Shown: one piece after another, positions 1 through 8,747 of the stretch
How the letters are laid out: every line of letters begins with the position of its first letter
Position numbering within the stretch: position 1 is the first letter of the stretch
NCBI GenBank assembly: GCA_030615855.1
Contig: JAUWYL010000001.1
Coordinates: forward strand, 53,850-117,849
Direction of reading: 5' to 3'
DNA length: 64,000 nt
Origin: a bacterium
Lineage (GTDB): Bacteria; UBP18; UBA7526
Notes under the pieces: generated by a model
Told to the model about the DNA's origin: nothing
Databases searched by the model: none
The model's input: only the letters and a program-made list of their open reading frames with translations
Program-made: the position numbers and the translations under genes

Positions 1-1
1 C

Positions 2-259
2 ATCTCTCAGAACAAGCCCACAATACAGATTAAAGCTTCCTGTCCCGCCCTCAAGATAGAAAAAATCAAAGTGAGACTAATCCGAAAAGGAGAGATCATT
101 AAAGTTTTTGATGCCAATAACCCAGCAGAAATCACTTATGAGGATGATTACTATAAACCCGGGGAGAAGATCTACTACCGTATAAATATCGCTGCCCCGG
201 GAAGTAAAATAATTTCCAACCCCATATTCGTAAAGTTTACCCCGTTGGAGACGGAATAA
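2..259 (+). CDS. C-terminal part of a gene entering the window (PHP/DUF3604-like metallohydrolase C-terminus)
   Basis: Frame is open from the window edge; ends YYRINI...SNPIFV, typical of PHP-associated C-terminal domains. Confidence 0.5.
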   Translation: MSQNKPTIQIKASCPALKIEKIKVRLIRKGEIIKVFDANNPAEITYEDDYYKPGEKIYYRINIAAPGSKIISNPIFVKFTPLETE

Positions 260-344
260 AATGGAGAAAGTGGGCAGGTGGGAAGCTGAGTAAAAAGCTC
301 ACTTTCTCACTTTCTCGCCAGCTCGCCTGCAAGGGGTTTGCCAG

Positions 345-2702
345 ATGAAGGGAAGGATTCTATTCCGAATAGTGAAGGGAGGGCTCCTTTCTATTATCCT
401 CTATACTCCTCTCATCCATGCCACAAAGGGAATCGGCACCTTAACCACCACCTATATCCTCATTCTATTCCTGAGTATGCTCTGGCTCTTGAGGATGAAT
501 GGCCAGAGAAGTTTTAGATTCATAAATAGTCCCCTAAATCTTCCCTTGGCACTTTTTCTCCTTTTTGCTCTTCTCTCCACCCTTTTCTCTATCAATAAGG
601 GAGCAAGCCTCAGTGAACTCTATAAGGTCATTCTCTTCATTTTACTTTATTTCCTTTTAATCAATAATCTTAAAGAGAAATATCAATTCAGGTCTCTTTT
701 TCTTGCTATCCTGAGTATAGGAGGCATTGTTGCTGCTTATGGGCTCTATCAGTATTTTTCCCATTGGCCGAATTTAACTGAAATTTCCTCTACCTTCCCT
801 CCCAATCCTAACTCCTTGGCCGGCTATCTCCTCTTAATCATTCCCCTGGCCTTTGTCTATGCCCTATTCGCTTCCTCCAAGTGGCTCTCCGGGATGGGCT
901 TTGTTATCACCTTTCTTACTTATTCCTGTCTCTTTGCCACCCATTCTCGAGGAGGACGATTGGCCCTCTTCGGCTCCCTGATCCTCTTTCTCACCCTCAT
1001 CTTCAAGTATCTGAGGAGAAAAGAGCTTTTAAGGGCGAGATGGAGATTCTTAACCTTGGTTCTATTGCTCATCCTTCTCTCGGGAACCCTCTCTTCCCTC
1101 CGTCTTATTCCCAAGCCTCCTTCAGCTCAGCAGATTCCTCAGGTAGAGGAGGCTGGCTCGTCCCCGAGAATCGAGGCCCAGGGCCCAAGATATCCCCTTC
1201 GGGAATACTTCCATAGGGGTTTCACCCCTCTGGCGGGGATTTTTCCTGCAACAGTTCGGAAAAATTCCCTGTCACCCCTTGAGGGCAAGCAGATTCTTTC
1301 CCCCAACCCCCCTAATCCTCAGCATCGGAATTATTCAAATTCCGATGCTTCAAGCGATATCCTATTGGGAGAACCACTCTCCTTCCGCTCCTTCTCTTTC
1401 CAGAGAACCTCGACCAATAAGTTCATCTTCGATAGGCTTAAAATCTGGGGAAGAACCTTGGAGATCATAAGGGACTATCCCCTTTTGGGTAGCGGGATGG
1501 GGACTTACGGGATAATATTCAAGAGGCATAAGATCCCTACCCCCTTGACTTCCGGAACCATTGCCCGCTATGGTCAATCGGCAAGATTCGCTCATAACGA
1601 ATATCTTCAGATAGCAGCAGAGACTGGCCTCCCCACCCTAATAATCTTCTTATGGATAATAACTCTCATCCTCCGCACCGGCCTAAGGACCTTAAAAGAG
1701 TCTCAAGTAGCACAGGAGGTTTACGGTAAACGGTTAACGGTTAACGGTAAACCATTTATAACCATCGGCCTCCTCTCTGGCCTAACTGGGGTTCTCCTTC
1801 ACAGTTTCATCGACTTCGTCCTCCGTCCCCCAGCAACAGATATCTTATTCATCTACTTCATTGCTTTCATCATGCTCCAAGCGAAGGCGGGCGACGGACA
1901 GACGGACAGACGGACAGACGGACAGACCCATTACCCAGACTCCCTCTTCCACCACCTCTACCACAGTCCTCTCATTCGTGGCAGCCTCATCATCTGTGTT
2001 GCCTTAATCCTCGCTGGCCAGGCAACTCTTCCCTTGATAGCCTATAGACACTATAGAAAAGGGATCGACCATCAAAAGAATAAGGCCTTCGATCAAGCAA
2101 TATCCTCTTATCTCACCGCTCAGAGATTAGAGCCCACCAACGACCGCTATCATAAGAACCTAGGAGACCTCTATCGCCACCTGGCTCTTCTCTTTAAAGA
2201 AGAGAGGAGTTTCTGGCTGGAGAAGGCCACTGAGGAATGTGAGAAGATGGTCAGGTTGAGCCCTCGGGATAATCATTACAGGAGGGATTTAGGGGTCATC
2301 TACTGGCTCGCCTCCCAGGGAAGGGACAGGCTCCTGATGAATAAGGCCATCACCCAGTTTAAGGAATCTCTGAGGATCGATCCCACCTTCCCATTTTCTT
2401 CTTTCGCTTTAGGGGTCATCTATGCTAAGATAGGTTGGGTAGATAAGGCGATTGAGAGGTTTGAAAGAGCAGTCTACTACGAGCCAAATTATGCCGAGGC
2501 CCACTATAACCTGGCTACCCTCTATGTTTCCCAGGGCTTATTCAAAAAAGCGATTGCTGAATATCAAGAGATTGTTGAGATAGAGAATAAGAATCTCTTT
2601 CCTAAAGTATCCTGTGGTTATGAGAAGGCTCTGCTCAGCTTCGATTACTCTCTGGCCCATCACGGATTGAGAAGCTCTCTTAAAAAAGTGGCCAAATTTT
2701 GA
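345..2702 (+). CDS. O-antigen ligase (Wzy_C) family membrane protein with C-terminal TPR repeats
   Basis: Multiple TM helices, NPNSLAGYL, THSRGG, RLKIW..T.EII.DYPLLGSGMG, AHNEYLQIAAETG; TPRs at the C-terminus; carries repeat-derived inserts. Confidence 0.85.
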   Translation: MKGRILFRIVKGGLLSIILYTPLIHATKGIGTLTTTYILILFLSMLWLLRMNGQRSFRFINSPLNLPLALFLLFALLSTLFSINKGASLSELYKVILFILLYFLLINNLKEKYQFRSLFLAILSIGGIVAAYGLYQYFSHWPNLTEISSTFPPNPNSLAGYLLLIIPLAFVYALFASSKWLSGMGFVITFLTYSCLFATHSRGGRLALFGSLILFLTLIFKYLRRKELLRARWRFLTLVLLLILLSGTLSSLRLIPKPPSAQQIPQVEEAGSSPRIEAQGPRYPLREYFHRGFTPLAGIFPATVRKNSLSPLEGKQILSPNPPNPQHRNYSNSDASSDILLGEPLSFRSFSFQRTSTNKFIFDRLKIWGRTLEIIRDYPLLGSGMGTYGIIFKRHKIPTPLTSGTIARYGQSARFAHNEYLQIAAETGLPTLIIFLWIITLILRTGLRTLKESQVAQEVYGKRLTVNGKPFITIGLLSGLTGVLLHSFIDFVLRPPATDILFIYFIAFIMLQAKAGDGQTDRRTDGQTHYPDSLFHHLYHSPLIRGSLIICVALILAGQATLPLIAYRHYRKGIDHQKNKAFDQAISSYLTAQRLEPTNDRYHKNLGDLYRHLALLFKEERSFWLEKATEECEKMVRLSPRDNHYRRDLGVIYWLASQGRDRLLMNKAITQFKESLRIDPTFPFSSFALGVIYAKIGWVDKAIERFERAVYYEPNYAEAHYNLATLYVSQGLFKKAIAEYQEIVEIENKNLFPKVSCGYEKALLSFDYSLAHHGLRSSLKKVAKF

Positions 2703-2975
2703 CCCCGCCCCCATTTGTATTAGAGAAAACTTCTTTTAATTCGGCGCTTGAGATTGGCAAGCGAGGTTCCATGATGTTTCAATTTTTGCTCACGTTCTCT
2801 AGCATCTTTTGGGATACGATAAGCTTCATAATATATCAAAATCCAATTTTTGTCTTTTGCCCAATGTTCTTGTATCCTCCGTCTCAAATCCGTGGTGGAA
2901 CCAATATAAATTTTATGTGAAATTCTATTCTGAATAATATAGACGTATGACATAAGAACAAAATGGGGGCGGGGG
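2703..2975. mobile_element. Miniature element with CCCCGCCCCCATTT inverted ends and TTGA(C) direct repeats, carrying a GIY-YIG gene
   Basis: Left TTGA|CCCCGCCCCCATTTGT, right ACAAAATGGGGGCGGGGG|TTGAC; empty relatives at 20796, 36259, 36303, 40065, 50769. Confidence 0.65.
2720..2953 (-). CDS. Small stand-alone GIY-YIG nuclease (77 aa)
   Basis: MSYVYII...IYIGSTTDLRRRIQEH...YYEAY...ARERE..LK motifs; ATG at 2953. Confidence 0.85.
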   Translation of the reverse strand: MSYVYIIQNRISHKIYIGSTTDLRRRIQEHWAKDKNWILIYYEAYRIPKDAREREQKLKHHGTSLANLKRRIKRSFL

Positions 2976-3004
2976 TTGACAAGCATCTTTTAATTTGATA
3001 TACT
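2976..3004 (+). promoter_or_regulatory. sigma70-type promoter for the arsR-LCP operon
   Basis: TTGACA-17 nt-TATACT. Confidence 0.7.
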
Positions 3005-3063
3005 ATTTATGAATTCTCAATAATTTGAAGATACAAAAAGTCCTTTTAGAGTAGGAGGAGATA

Positions 3064-3351
3064 ATGAAGGATTTGAGACAGTCCGAGAAGGTCTTTAAGG
3101 CTTTAGGGTCCAGGACGCGGCTGAAGCTCTTGAGACTTCTCTGGCAGGAGGGGGAGTTACCGGTGACCCTCATTGCCCGGAGGTCGGGGATGACCATTGC
3201 CCGGGTCTCACGTAACTTGGGGATCCTGGAGAATGTAGGATTGGTGAAGACCAAGGAGACCAGAACCTGGGTCTTCTATTCCATCAATACCAATCCCTCG
3301 CATCCCTGGCAGGGGCTTTTGCTCAAACTCCTCAAAGAAGGATTTAAATAA
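3064..3351 (+). CDS. ArsR/SmtB family transcriptional regulator
   Basis: VFKALG..TRLKLL..L, VSRNL.ILE..GLV winged HTH; SD AGGAGG. Confidence 0.85.
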   Translation: MKDLRQSEKVFKALGSRTRLKLLRLLWQEGELPVTLIARRSGMTIARVSRNLGILENVGLVKTKETRTWVFYSINTNPSHPWQGLLLKLLKEGFK

Positions 3352-3359
3352 TAATTAAG

Positions 3360-4448
3360 ATGAAAAGGATAATTCTTGCCCTCATCCTAATAGTTCTATT
3401 AGCATCCCTTTTTCTTCTTAGAAAGAGTGCCTTAGAGAGGAGGCTGGAAGGGAAAGAGAGGCTTTCTTTTCTCATAATCGGTCTGGAGGGGGTAAAGGAA
3501 CCGCAGAGATTGAAAGATATCTTGCTTATTAACTACCAGCCCAATACTAAGAGAATAGCCTTGGTAATTATACCACCCCAGACCCTGGTCACTGAATCTA
3601 TGAAGCTGAGCACCCTTTACCGTCAGAAGGGGTATCTCCTGGTGAAAGAGACCCTGGAGGGTCTCTTGGATTTAGAGATCCCTTTCTATGTTGTGCTCGA
3701 TGACCAAGATATAGTCAGAATTATTAACCTTCTGGGAGGAATAGAAGTAGAGATCAATCAGCCCCTTTCTTATGGGAATGGCTTTTTAGAGGGGAAGAGG
3801 AGGTTATCTGGGAAAGAATGTCTGGCCTACTTGGAGTTTGAGGAACCTCGTTTTGGCGAGTTCGGCAAATTCTCCCGCTGGCAGAGATTCATCTGGACCC
3901 TCATCCAGAGATTTGGAGACTTCCCCCCAGACTCTAAATTAGCACGAGAACTCCTCAAAAGTTCCCCCCTTACCAACCTTAAGGTAAAGGATATCCTGGC
4001 CCTGGCTCAGGAAGCAGAAAATATAAGAGAGGCCGGGATAGAGGTAAAAAAGATTCCGGGCAGAACCATTTATAGAGACTGGATGAGCTACTGGCAGGTG
4101 GATATTTTAGCCACCTCTCAATTATTCAAGGAACTCAGTAGAGAACTGGGGAAGGGAAAAGGAATTATCCGGGTTGAGGTCCTGAATGGCTGTGGTAGAG
4201 GGGGGATCGCCTTCCAAGTGGCTCAAGACTTAAGAAGAAAGGGCCTGGATGTGGTAAATATCGGAAATGCCCGGAACTTCAAGTATAGAAAGACGCTCAT
4301 CTTGAATAGAAGTGGTAAGAAGGGATTGGCTCGGGAGGTAGCCAGGGTAGTAGGCTGTGGTGAGCCCCAAGATAGGATAGAGAAGAAGGCCCTGGTTGAT
4401 GTCACAGTCATCATCGGTCGAGATTACCTTGAGCATTATCTACAATAA
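3360..4448 (+). CDS. LCP (LytR-CpsA-Psr) family protein with LytR C-terminal domain
   Basis: N-terminal TM; INLLGGIEV; VEVLNGCGRGG.A; DVTVIIGRD. Confidence 0.8.
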   Translation: MKRIILALILIVLLASLFLLRKSALERRLEGKERLSFLIIGLEGVKEPQRLKDILLINYQPNTKRIALVIIPPQTLVTESMKLSTLYRQKGYLLVKETLEGLLDLEIPFYVVLDDQDIVRIINLLGGIEVEINQPLSYGNGFLEGKRRLSGKECLAYLEFEEPRFGEFGKFSRWQRFIWTLIQRFGDFPPDSKLARELLKSSPLTNLKVKDILALAQEAENIREAGIEVKKIPGRTIYRDWMSYWQVDILATSQLFKELSRELGKGKGIIRVEVLNGCGRGGIAFQVAQDLRRKGLDVVNIGNARNFKYRKTLILNRSGKKGLAREVARVVGCGEPQDRIEKKALVDVTVIIGRDYLEHYLQ

Positions 4449-4452
4449 ATCT

Positions 4453-4895
4453 TTACCACGAGGACACGAAAGAACGGAGACACGAAGATGGGTATAGAAT
4501 TTGAAGAACTATCAAGCAAAATTATTAAGGCAGCAATAGAAGTACATAAAAAATTAGGACCAGGATTCCTAGAATCAATATACCAACAAGCCTTGCTAAT
4601 CCAATTAAAGAAAGATGGGCTGAAAGTTGAAACTCAGAAAGAAGTAAAGATACACTATAACGGTCAAGAGGTAGGGACACATCGACTTGATCTAGTTGTT
4701 AATGAAACAATAATTATTGAATTAAAAGCAGTGAAAGAATTTGATGGAAGTCATATAGCACAGGTAATCTCATATTTAAAAGCCACGGGATTGAAAACTG
4801 GGTTGTTATTAAATTTTGCTAAAGCGACTTTAGAAATAAAAAGAGTAGTAAATTAAGTTTTTTTGTGTTTTCTTAATTTCGTATTTTCGTGGTAA
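4453..4895. mobile_element. Inverted-repeat cassette enclosing the GxxExxY gene
   Basis: TTACCACGA (4453-4461) / TCGTGGTAA (4887-4895) perfect 9-bp inverted ends with internal ACACGAA / TTCGT reiterations. Confidence 0.55.
4488..4856 (+). CDS. GxxExxY protein (PD-(D/E)XK-like nuclease fold)
   Basis: LGPGFLESIYQ.AL, RLDLVV...IIELKAV, QV.SYLK..G...GLLLNF; A-rich relative to neighbours. Confidence 0.9.
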   Translation: MGIEFEELSSKIIKAAIEVHKKLGPGFLESIYQQALLIQLKKDGLKVETQKEVKIHYNGQEVGTHRLDLVVNETIIIELKAVKEFDGSHIAQVISYLKATGLKTGLLLNFAKATLEIKRVVN

Positions 4896-4907
4896 TGAGG
4901 AGAATAG

Positions 4908-5648
4908 ATGGAGAAGACGAGAATCGTCCAATTGAGGAAGATCATTAAAGAGAAAAAGATTCATACCTTATTCCAGCCCATTGTTTCTTTAAAAGATCAG
5001 AAGCTCTTGGGGTATGAAGCCCTGAGTCGGGGACCAGAGGGCATGGCCTTGGAGAAACCGGCTCTCTTGTTTGAAACAGCAAATGCCAGTAGTATGACTT
5101 TAAAATTAGAGAATCTCTGTCACAGGCAGGCCATCAAGAGTGCCCAAAGACTTCCTAAAGGACTGAAACTCTTTCTCAATATTGAAACTCCGGTATTGGA
5201 TAGCCGCCTATACCAGAGGTTGGACTATCTTAGAGAATCAGCCTTGAGGCCAGAAGATATTGTTCTTGAGATCACAGAGAGAAGTGCAATAAAAGATATC
5301 AAAGATTTTAAGAAAAACATGGCCCTCTTTCGCAGGAAGGGTTTTCATTTTGCTCTGGATGATACCGGAACAGGCTATAATAACATAAAGGTCTTTTGGG
5401 AATTGAAGCCAGAATACCTCAAATTACCTGCTTTCCTGATGCGAAATATAGAGCGGGATCCCCTGAAAGAGAAGTTTATTAGGGTCTTGGTAGACTGTGC
5501 AAAGGGGGCAAAGGCAAAGACAATCGCTGAGGCAGTAGAGAGAAGAATAGAGCTTAAGGTTCTATGTAGGCTGGGAGTAGACTTTGGTCAGGGGTATCTC
5601 TTCGCCCGACCAGGGAAGCCCTTTCCCAAGCCCAGGAAGATTCGGTAA
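4908..5648 (+). CDS. Stand-alone EAL domain protein (putative c-di-GMP phosphodiesterase)
   Basis: FQPIV, YEALSR, LEITE, LDDTGTGY, IAEAVE, QGYLFARP. Confidence 0.85.
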   Translation: MEKTRIVQLRKIIKEKKIHTLFQPIVSLKDQKLLGYEALSRGPEGMALEKPALLFETANASSMTLKLENLCHRQAIKSAQRLPKGLKLFLNIETPVLDSRLYQRLDYLRESALRPEDIVLEITERSAIKDIKDFKKNMALFRRKGFHFALDDTGTGYNNIKVFWELKPEYLKLPAFLMRNIERDPLKEKFIRVLVDCAKGAKAKTIAEAVERRIELKVLCRLGVDFGQGYLFARPGKPFPKPRKIR

Positions 5649-5892
5649 ACGGTTACGGTTGCGCAACTCGTATCAAATGATATAGCACAATATCAAAAAT
5701 CAAAGTGCAAAAATCAAAATGACAATGCAAAATGTAAAATTTTAAGTTTTAATCTGTAATTTTGATATTTAATTTTCTTATAGGGTGTGTAATTTTAATT
5801 TTTGATGTTTACATTTTGATTTTTCTATATGGTTTCATTTTGATATTTGATATTTAATTTTTGATTTTCCTATAACGTATACCGAAAGACGA
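5643..5892. repeat. AT-rich CAAAAT/ATTTTG inverted microsatellite element; reverse-oriented copy at 38796-39008
   Basis: 5650-5690 matches the reverse complement of 38959-38999 at 37/41 nt. Confidence 0.75.
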
Positions 5893-5905
5893 ATTTCTGA
5901 GGAAT

Positions 5906-7546
5906 ATGATGGAGATTAGAGAAAAAATCATTGAGTCTCTTCAAGAGGCTCTTAAGAAAATTAAGGTGAAGAAGTATCCAGAGGTCCTTCTGGAGAGACC
6001 GAAGGAAAGGGGACACGGGGACTTTACCACAAATCTTTCTTTTTCTTTAGCCAAAGAGTTAAAGAAACCGCCCCAGGAGATTGCCAAAAGTTTGGTAAAA
6101 CACCTTGAGGCCCGCCCTAAGATAATAGAGAAGGTTGAAGAGGCCAAGGGATTCATCAATTTTTTTTTGGCTGAAGAGTTGCTCTTTGAAAATTTAATCC
6201 AAATTCTAAGAAAAGAGAAGAATTATGGGAAAAGCGAGACAGGTAAAGATAAGAGAATCCAGATTGAGATGGTGAGTGTCAACCCCACCGGCCCCTTACA
6301 TGTCGGCCATGGTCGGGGAGCGGCCTTTGCTGATACCTTAGCCAATATCCTGGAGGCCTCTGGCTACCAGGTGGAGCGGGAGTACTACATAAATGATATC
6401 GGCACCCAGATAGAGAACCTGGGCAAGTCCTTGAGGGCCAGGTATCTGGAACTCCTGGGCGAAGAAGTAGAATTCCCAGAGTATGGATACCAGGGAGAGT
6501 ATCTGATTGAGATGGCCCACAGATTAAAGGATAGAGAGGGCGATAAGCATCGAAAAGAGAAGATAGAATTCTTCACTCAATATGCCTCTTCAGATATTAT
6601 AGAGGGAATAAGAAAGGACCTTGAGGATTCTGGAATAAGGATAGACTCCTGGAAGAAAGAATCCGACCTCCACCGGGAAGGAAAGGTTAAAGAAGTTATC
6701 GATAATCTGAAGAAGAAAGGTTATCTCTATGAGAGGGAAGGGGCCCTATGGTTTAGGTCTTCCCAGTTTGGGGATGAGAAGGATAGGGTAATAAAAAAGA
6801 AGGATGGGTCCTCCACCTATTTAGCATCAGATATCGCCTATCATGAGGATAAGTTTAAGAGAGGATTTGATCATCTAGTAAATATCTGGGGTGCTGACCA
6901 TCATGGTTATGTGGAGCGCCTCCAGGCAGCAATAAGTGCTTTGGGTCATCCTAAAGAGAACTTGGACATCATCCTCTATCAACTGGTCAAACTCTCCCGC
7001 TCGGGAAAGCCGGTGGCCATGTCCACCAGGAAGGGAGAGTTCATCACTTTAAGAGAGGTAATGGATGAGGTAGGAAGAGATGTTACCCGCTTCTCCTTCT
7101 GTATGCGCTCCTCCTATTCTCATCTGGACTTTGATTTAGAACTGGCCAAAAAAGAATCCCCGGAGAACCCGGTCTACTATGTAGAGTATGCCCATGCTCG
7201 AATCTCGAGCATCTTTAAAAAGGCCAAGGAAAAAAAGGTAAAAAGAAAAAAGATTCAAGAGATAGATTTAAAATTGCTCAATACCCCAGAAGAGAAAAGT
7301 ATCCTAAAACTTTTGGCCCTCTTTCCAGATATCGTCACTTCTTGTGCTCAGAATTATCAGGTTCACAGTATCCCGAATTATCTCAGGGAAGTGGCCAGCG
7401 AGTTCCACACTTTCTATAATAGGCATCGGGTCTTGAGTGAGGACGCAGAGCTGACTCAGGCGAGATTAACCCTGGTGAAAGGAATAAGAATCGTCTTGCG
7501 TAATGGTTTGAGACTCTTAGGGATCAAAGCCCCCGAAAGGATGTAG
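5906..7546 (+). CDS. argS: Arginine--tRNA ligase
   Basis: NPTGPLHVGHGR (HIGH), MSTRKG, YVEYAHAR, C-terminal APERM. Confidence 0.97.
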   Translation: MMEIREKIIESLQEALKKIKVKKYPEVLLERPKERGHGDFTTNLSFSLAKELKKPPQEIAKSLVKHLEARPKIIEKVEEAKGFINFFLAEELLFENLIQILRKEKNYGKSETGKDKRIQIEMVSVNPTGPLHVGHGRGAAFADTLANILEASGYQVEREYYINDIGTQIENLGKSLRARYLELLGEEVEFPEYGYQGEYLIEMAHRLKDREGDKHRKEKIEFFTQYASSDIIEGIRKDLEDSGIRIDSWKKESDLHREGKVKEVIDNLKKKGYLYEREGALWFRSSQFGDEKDRVIKKKDGSSTYLASDIAYHEDKFKRGFDHLVNIWGADHHGYVERLQAAISALGHPKENLDIILYQLVKLSRSGKPVAMSTRKGEFITLREVMDEVGRDVTRFSFCMRSSYSHLDFDLELAKKESPENPVYYVEYAHARISSIFKKAKEKKVKRKKIQEIDLKLLNTPEEKSILKLLALFPDIVTSCAQNYQVHSIPNYLREVASEFHTFYNRHRVLSEDAELTQARLTLVKGIRIVLRNGLRLLGIKAPERM

Positions 7547-7576
7547 CCCCGCGTAGCGGGATAAATTAAAAAGTAT

Positions 7577-7684
7577 GGTAGTTACTACATCCCGTCAAAG
7601 CCGGGATTGTTACTATCGGTTACTACACTTCGTTGTTACTAACGGTTGCTTTTATTTCCGGTAACTGTTAGTAACCGCTGATAG
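7577..7684. repeat. GTTACTA-based element with internal hairpins; reverse-oriented copy at 58632-58752
   Basis: GTTACTACATCCCG...CGGGA.TGTTACTA...CTTCG shared in inverted orientation. Confidence 0.7.
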
Positions 7685-7694
7685 GGTGGTCGAT

Positions 7695-8324
7695 ATGAAG
7701 ATACGCTGGTTTGGTCAGGCCTGTTTTCTCATTGAATCAGAGAAGGGAATAAGAATAGTCACTGATCCTTTCAATTCCTCTCTGGGGTACAAGATTCCCC
7801 CCTTAGAGGCAGATATGGTTACCATAAGCCATGAGCATTATGACCATAACGCTACGGACCAAGTAAAAGGGAAACCAGAGATAGTAAGAGGAGTAGGCGA
7901 GAAGAAAATAAAAGATATCGCGATAAAAGGAGTGGATACCTTTCACGATAAGGCCCAAGGAGCCCAAAGGGGAAAGAACACCGTCTTTTCCTTTGAGATC
8001 GATGGAATGAAGATCGTTCACCTGGGAGACTTAGGTCATATACTCACTAAAGAACAGATTGGAGCCATAGGAGAGGTAGATATCCTCCTCATTCCCGTGG
8101 GAGGAACCTTCACCCTCGATGCCCAGGAAGCTACACAAGTAGTTGGGCAGTTGAAACCCAAGATTACCATTCCCATGCATTATAAGACCCCGGCCATCGA
8201 TCTTCCCATAGAAGGGGTAGAAAGATTTCTTTCTGGCAATAAGAATATAGAGAAGAAAAAAGAGTTGGAGAGCAGAAAAGAAGAACTGCCCAAAGAAGAA
8301 AAGATTATAGTTCTGGAGTATTGA
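7695..8324 (+). CDS. MBL-fold metallo-hydrolase
   Basis: SHEHYDH, HLGDLG, IPMHY. Confidence 0.9.
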   Translation: MKIRWFGQACFLIESEKGIRIVTDPFNSSLGYKIPPLEADMVTISHEHYDHNATDQVKGKPEIVRGVGEKKIKDIAIKGVDTFHDKAQGAQRGKNTVFSFEIDGMKIVHLGDLGHILTKEQIGAIGEVDILLIPVGGTFTLDAQEATQVVGQLKPKITIPMHYKTPAIDLPIEGVERFLSGNKNIEKKKELESRKEELPKEEKIIVLEY

Positions 8325-8327
8325 GAT

Positions 8328-8747
8328 ATGAGGAATCTCCTATTTACCATCTTAGGTATCATTATCATCGCTTCCCTGATCTTTCTCTTAGGTTATCTTG
8401 TGGGAAGGGGATATGAGCTAAGAGAGGAGCCCATATCCAAGAGAATCGAGAAAAAGGAAATGGTCTCTCCACCCCGAATTACTCCTAAGATTCCTCCTTT
8501 GAAAGAAGGGCTTCCCTATACGGTTCAGGTCGCCTCTTCTCAAAGTGAGGAGAAGGCCTTAGCATTAGTCAATAGATTAAAGGTCAAAGAGTATCCCGTT
8601 TATATCGAGGAAGTGGAATTAAAAGGGAAGAAATGGTATCGGGTAAGGGTGGGTTCCTTTCCGCATAAAGAAGATGCTTTAAAATTAGTAACCAGGCTGA
8701 AAGAAGAAGGTCTGCTAGATGCCATGGTCTGGAAGAGGGAGAAATGA
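8328..8747 (+). CDS. SPOR domain membrane protein
   Basis: N-terminal TM; YTVQVAS, WYRVRVGSF. Confidence 0.85.
   Translation: MRNLLFTILGIIIIASLIFLLGYLVGRGYELREEPISKRIEKKEMVSPPRITPKIPPLKEGLPYTVQVASSQSEEKALALVNRLKVKEYPVYIEEVELKGKKWYRVRVGSFPHKEDALKLVTRLKEEGLLDAMVWKREK

Noticed and set aside
2699-2980. IS200/IS605-type element suggested by the TTGA(C) target
   Set aside because: No TnpA/TnpB ORF, and the target appears duplicated with terminal inverted repeats, which that family does not produce.
7577-7684. Integron attC sites (GTTAC/GTAAC ends)
   Set aside because: No intI, the flanking genes are core housekeeping genes, and R/L box geometry is absent.
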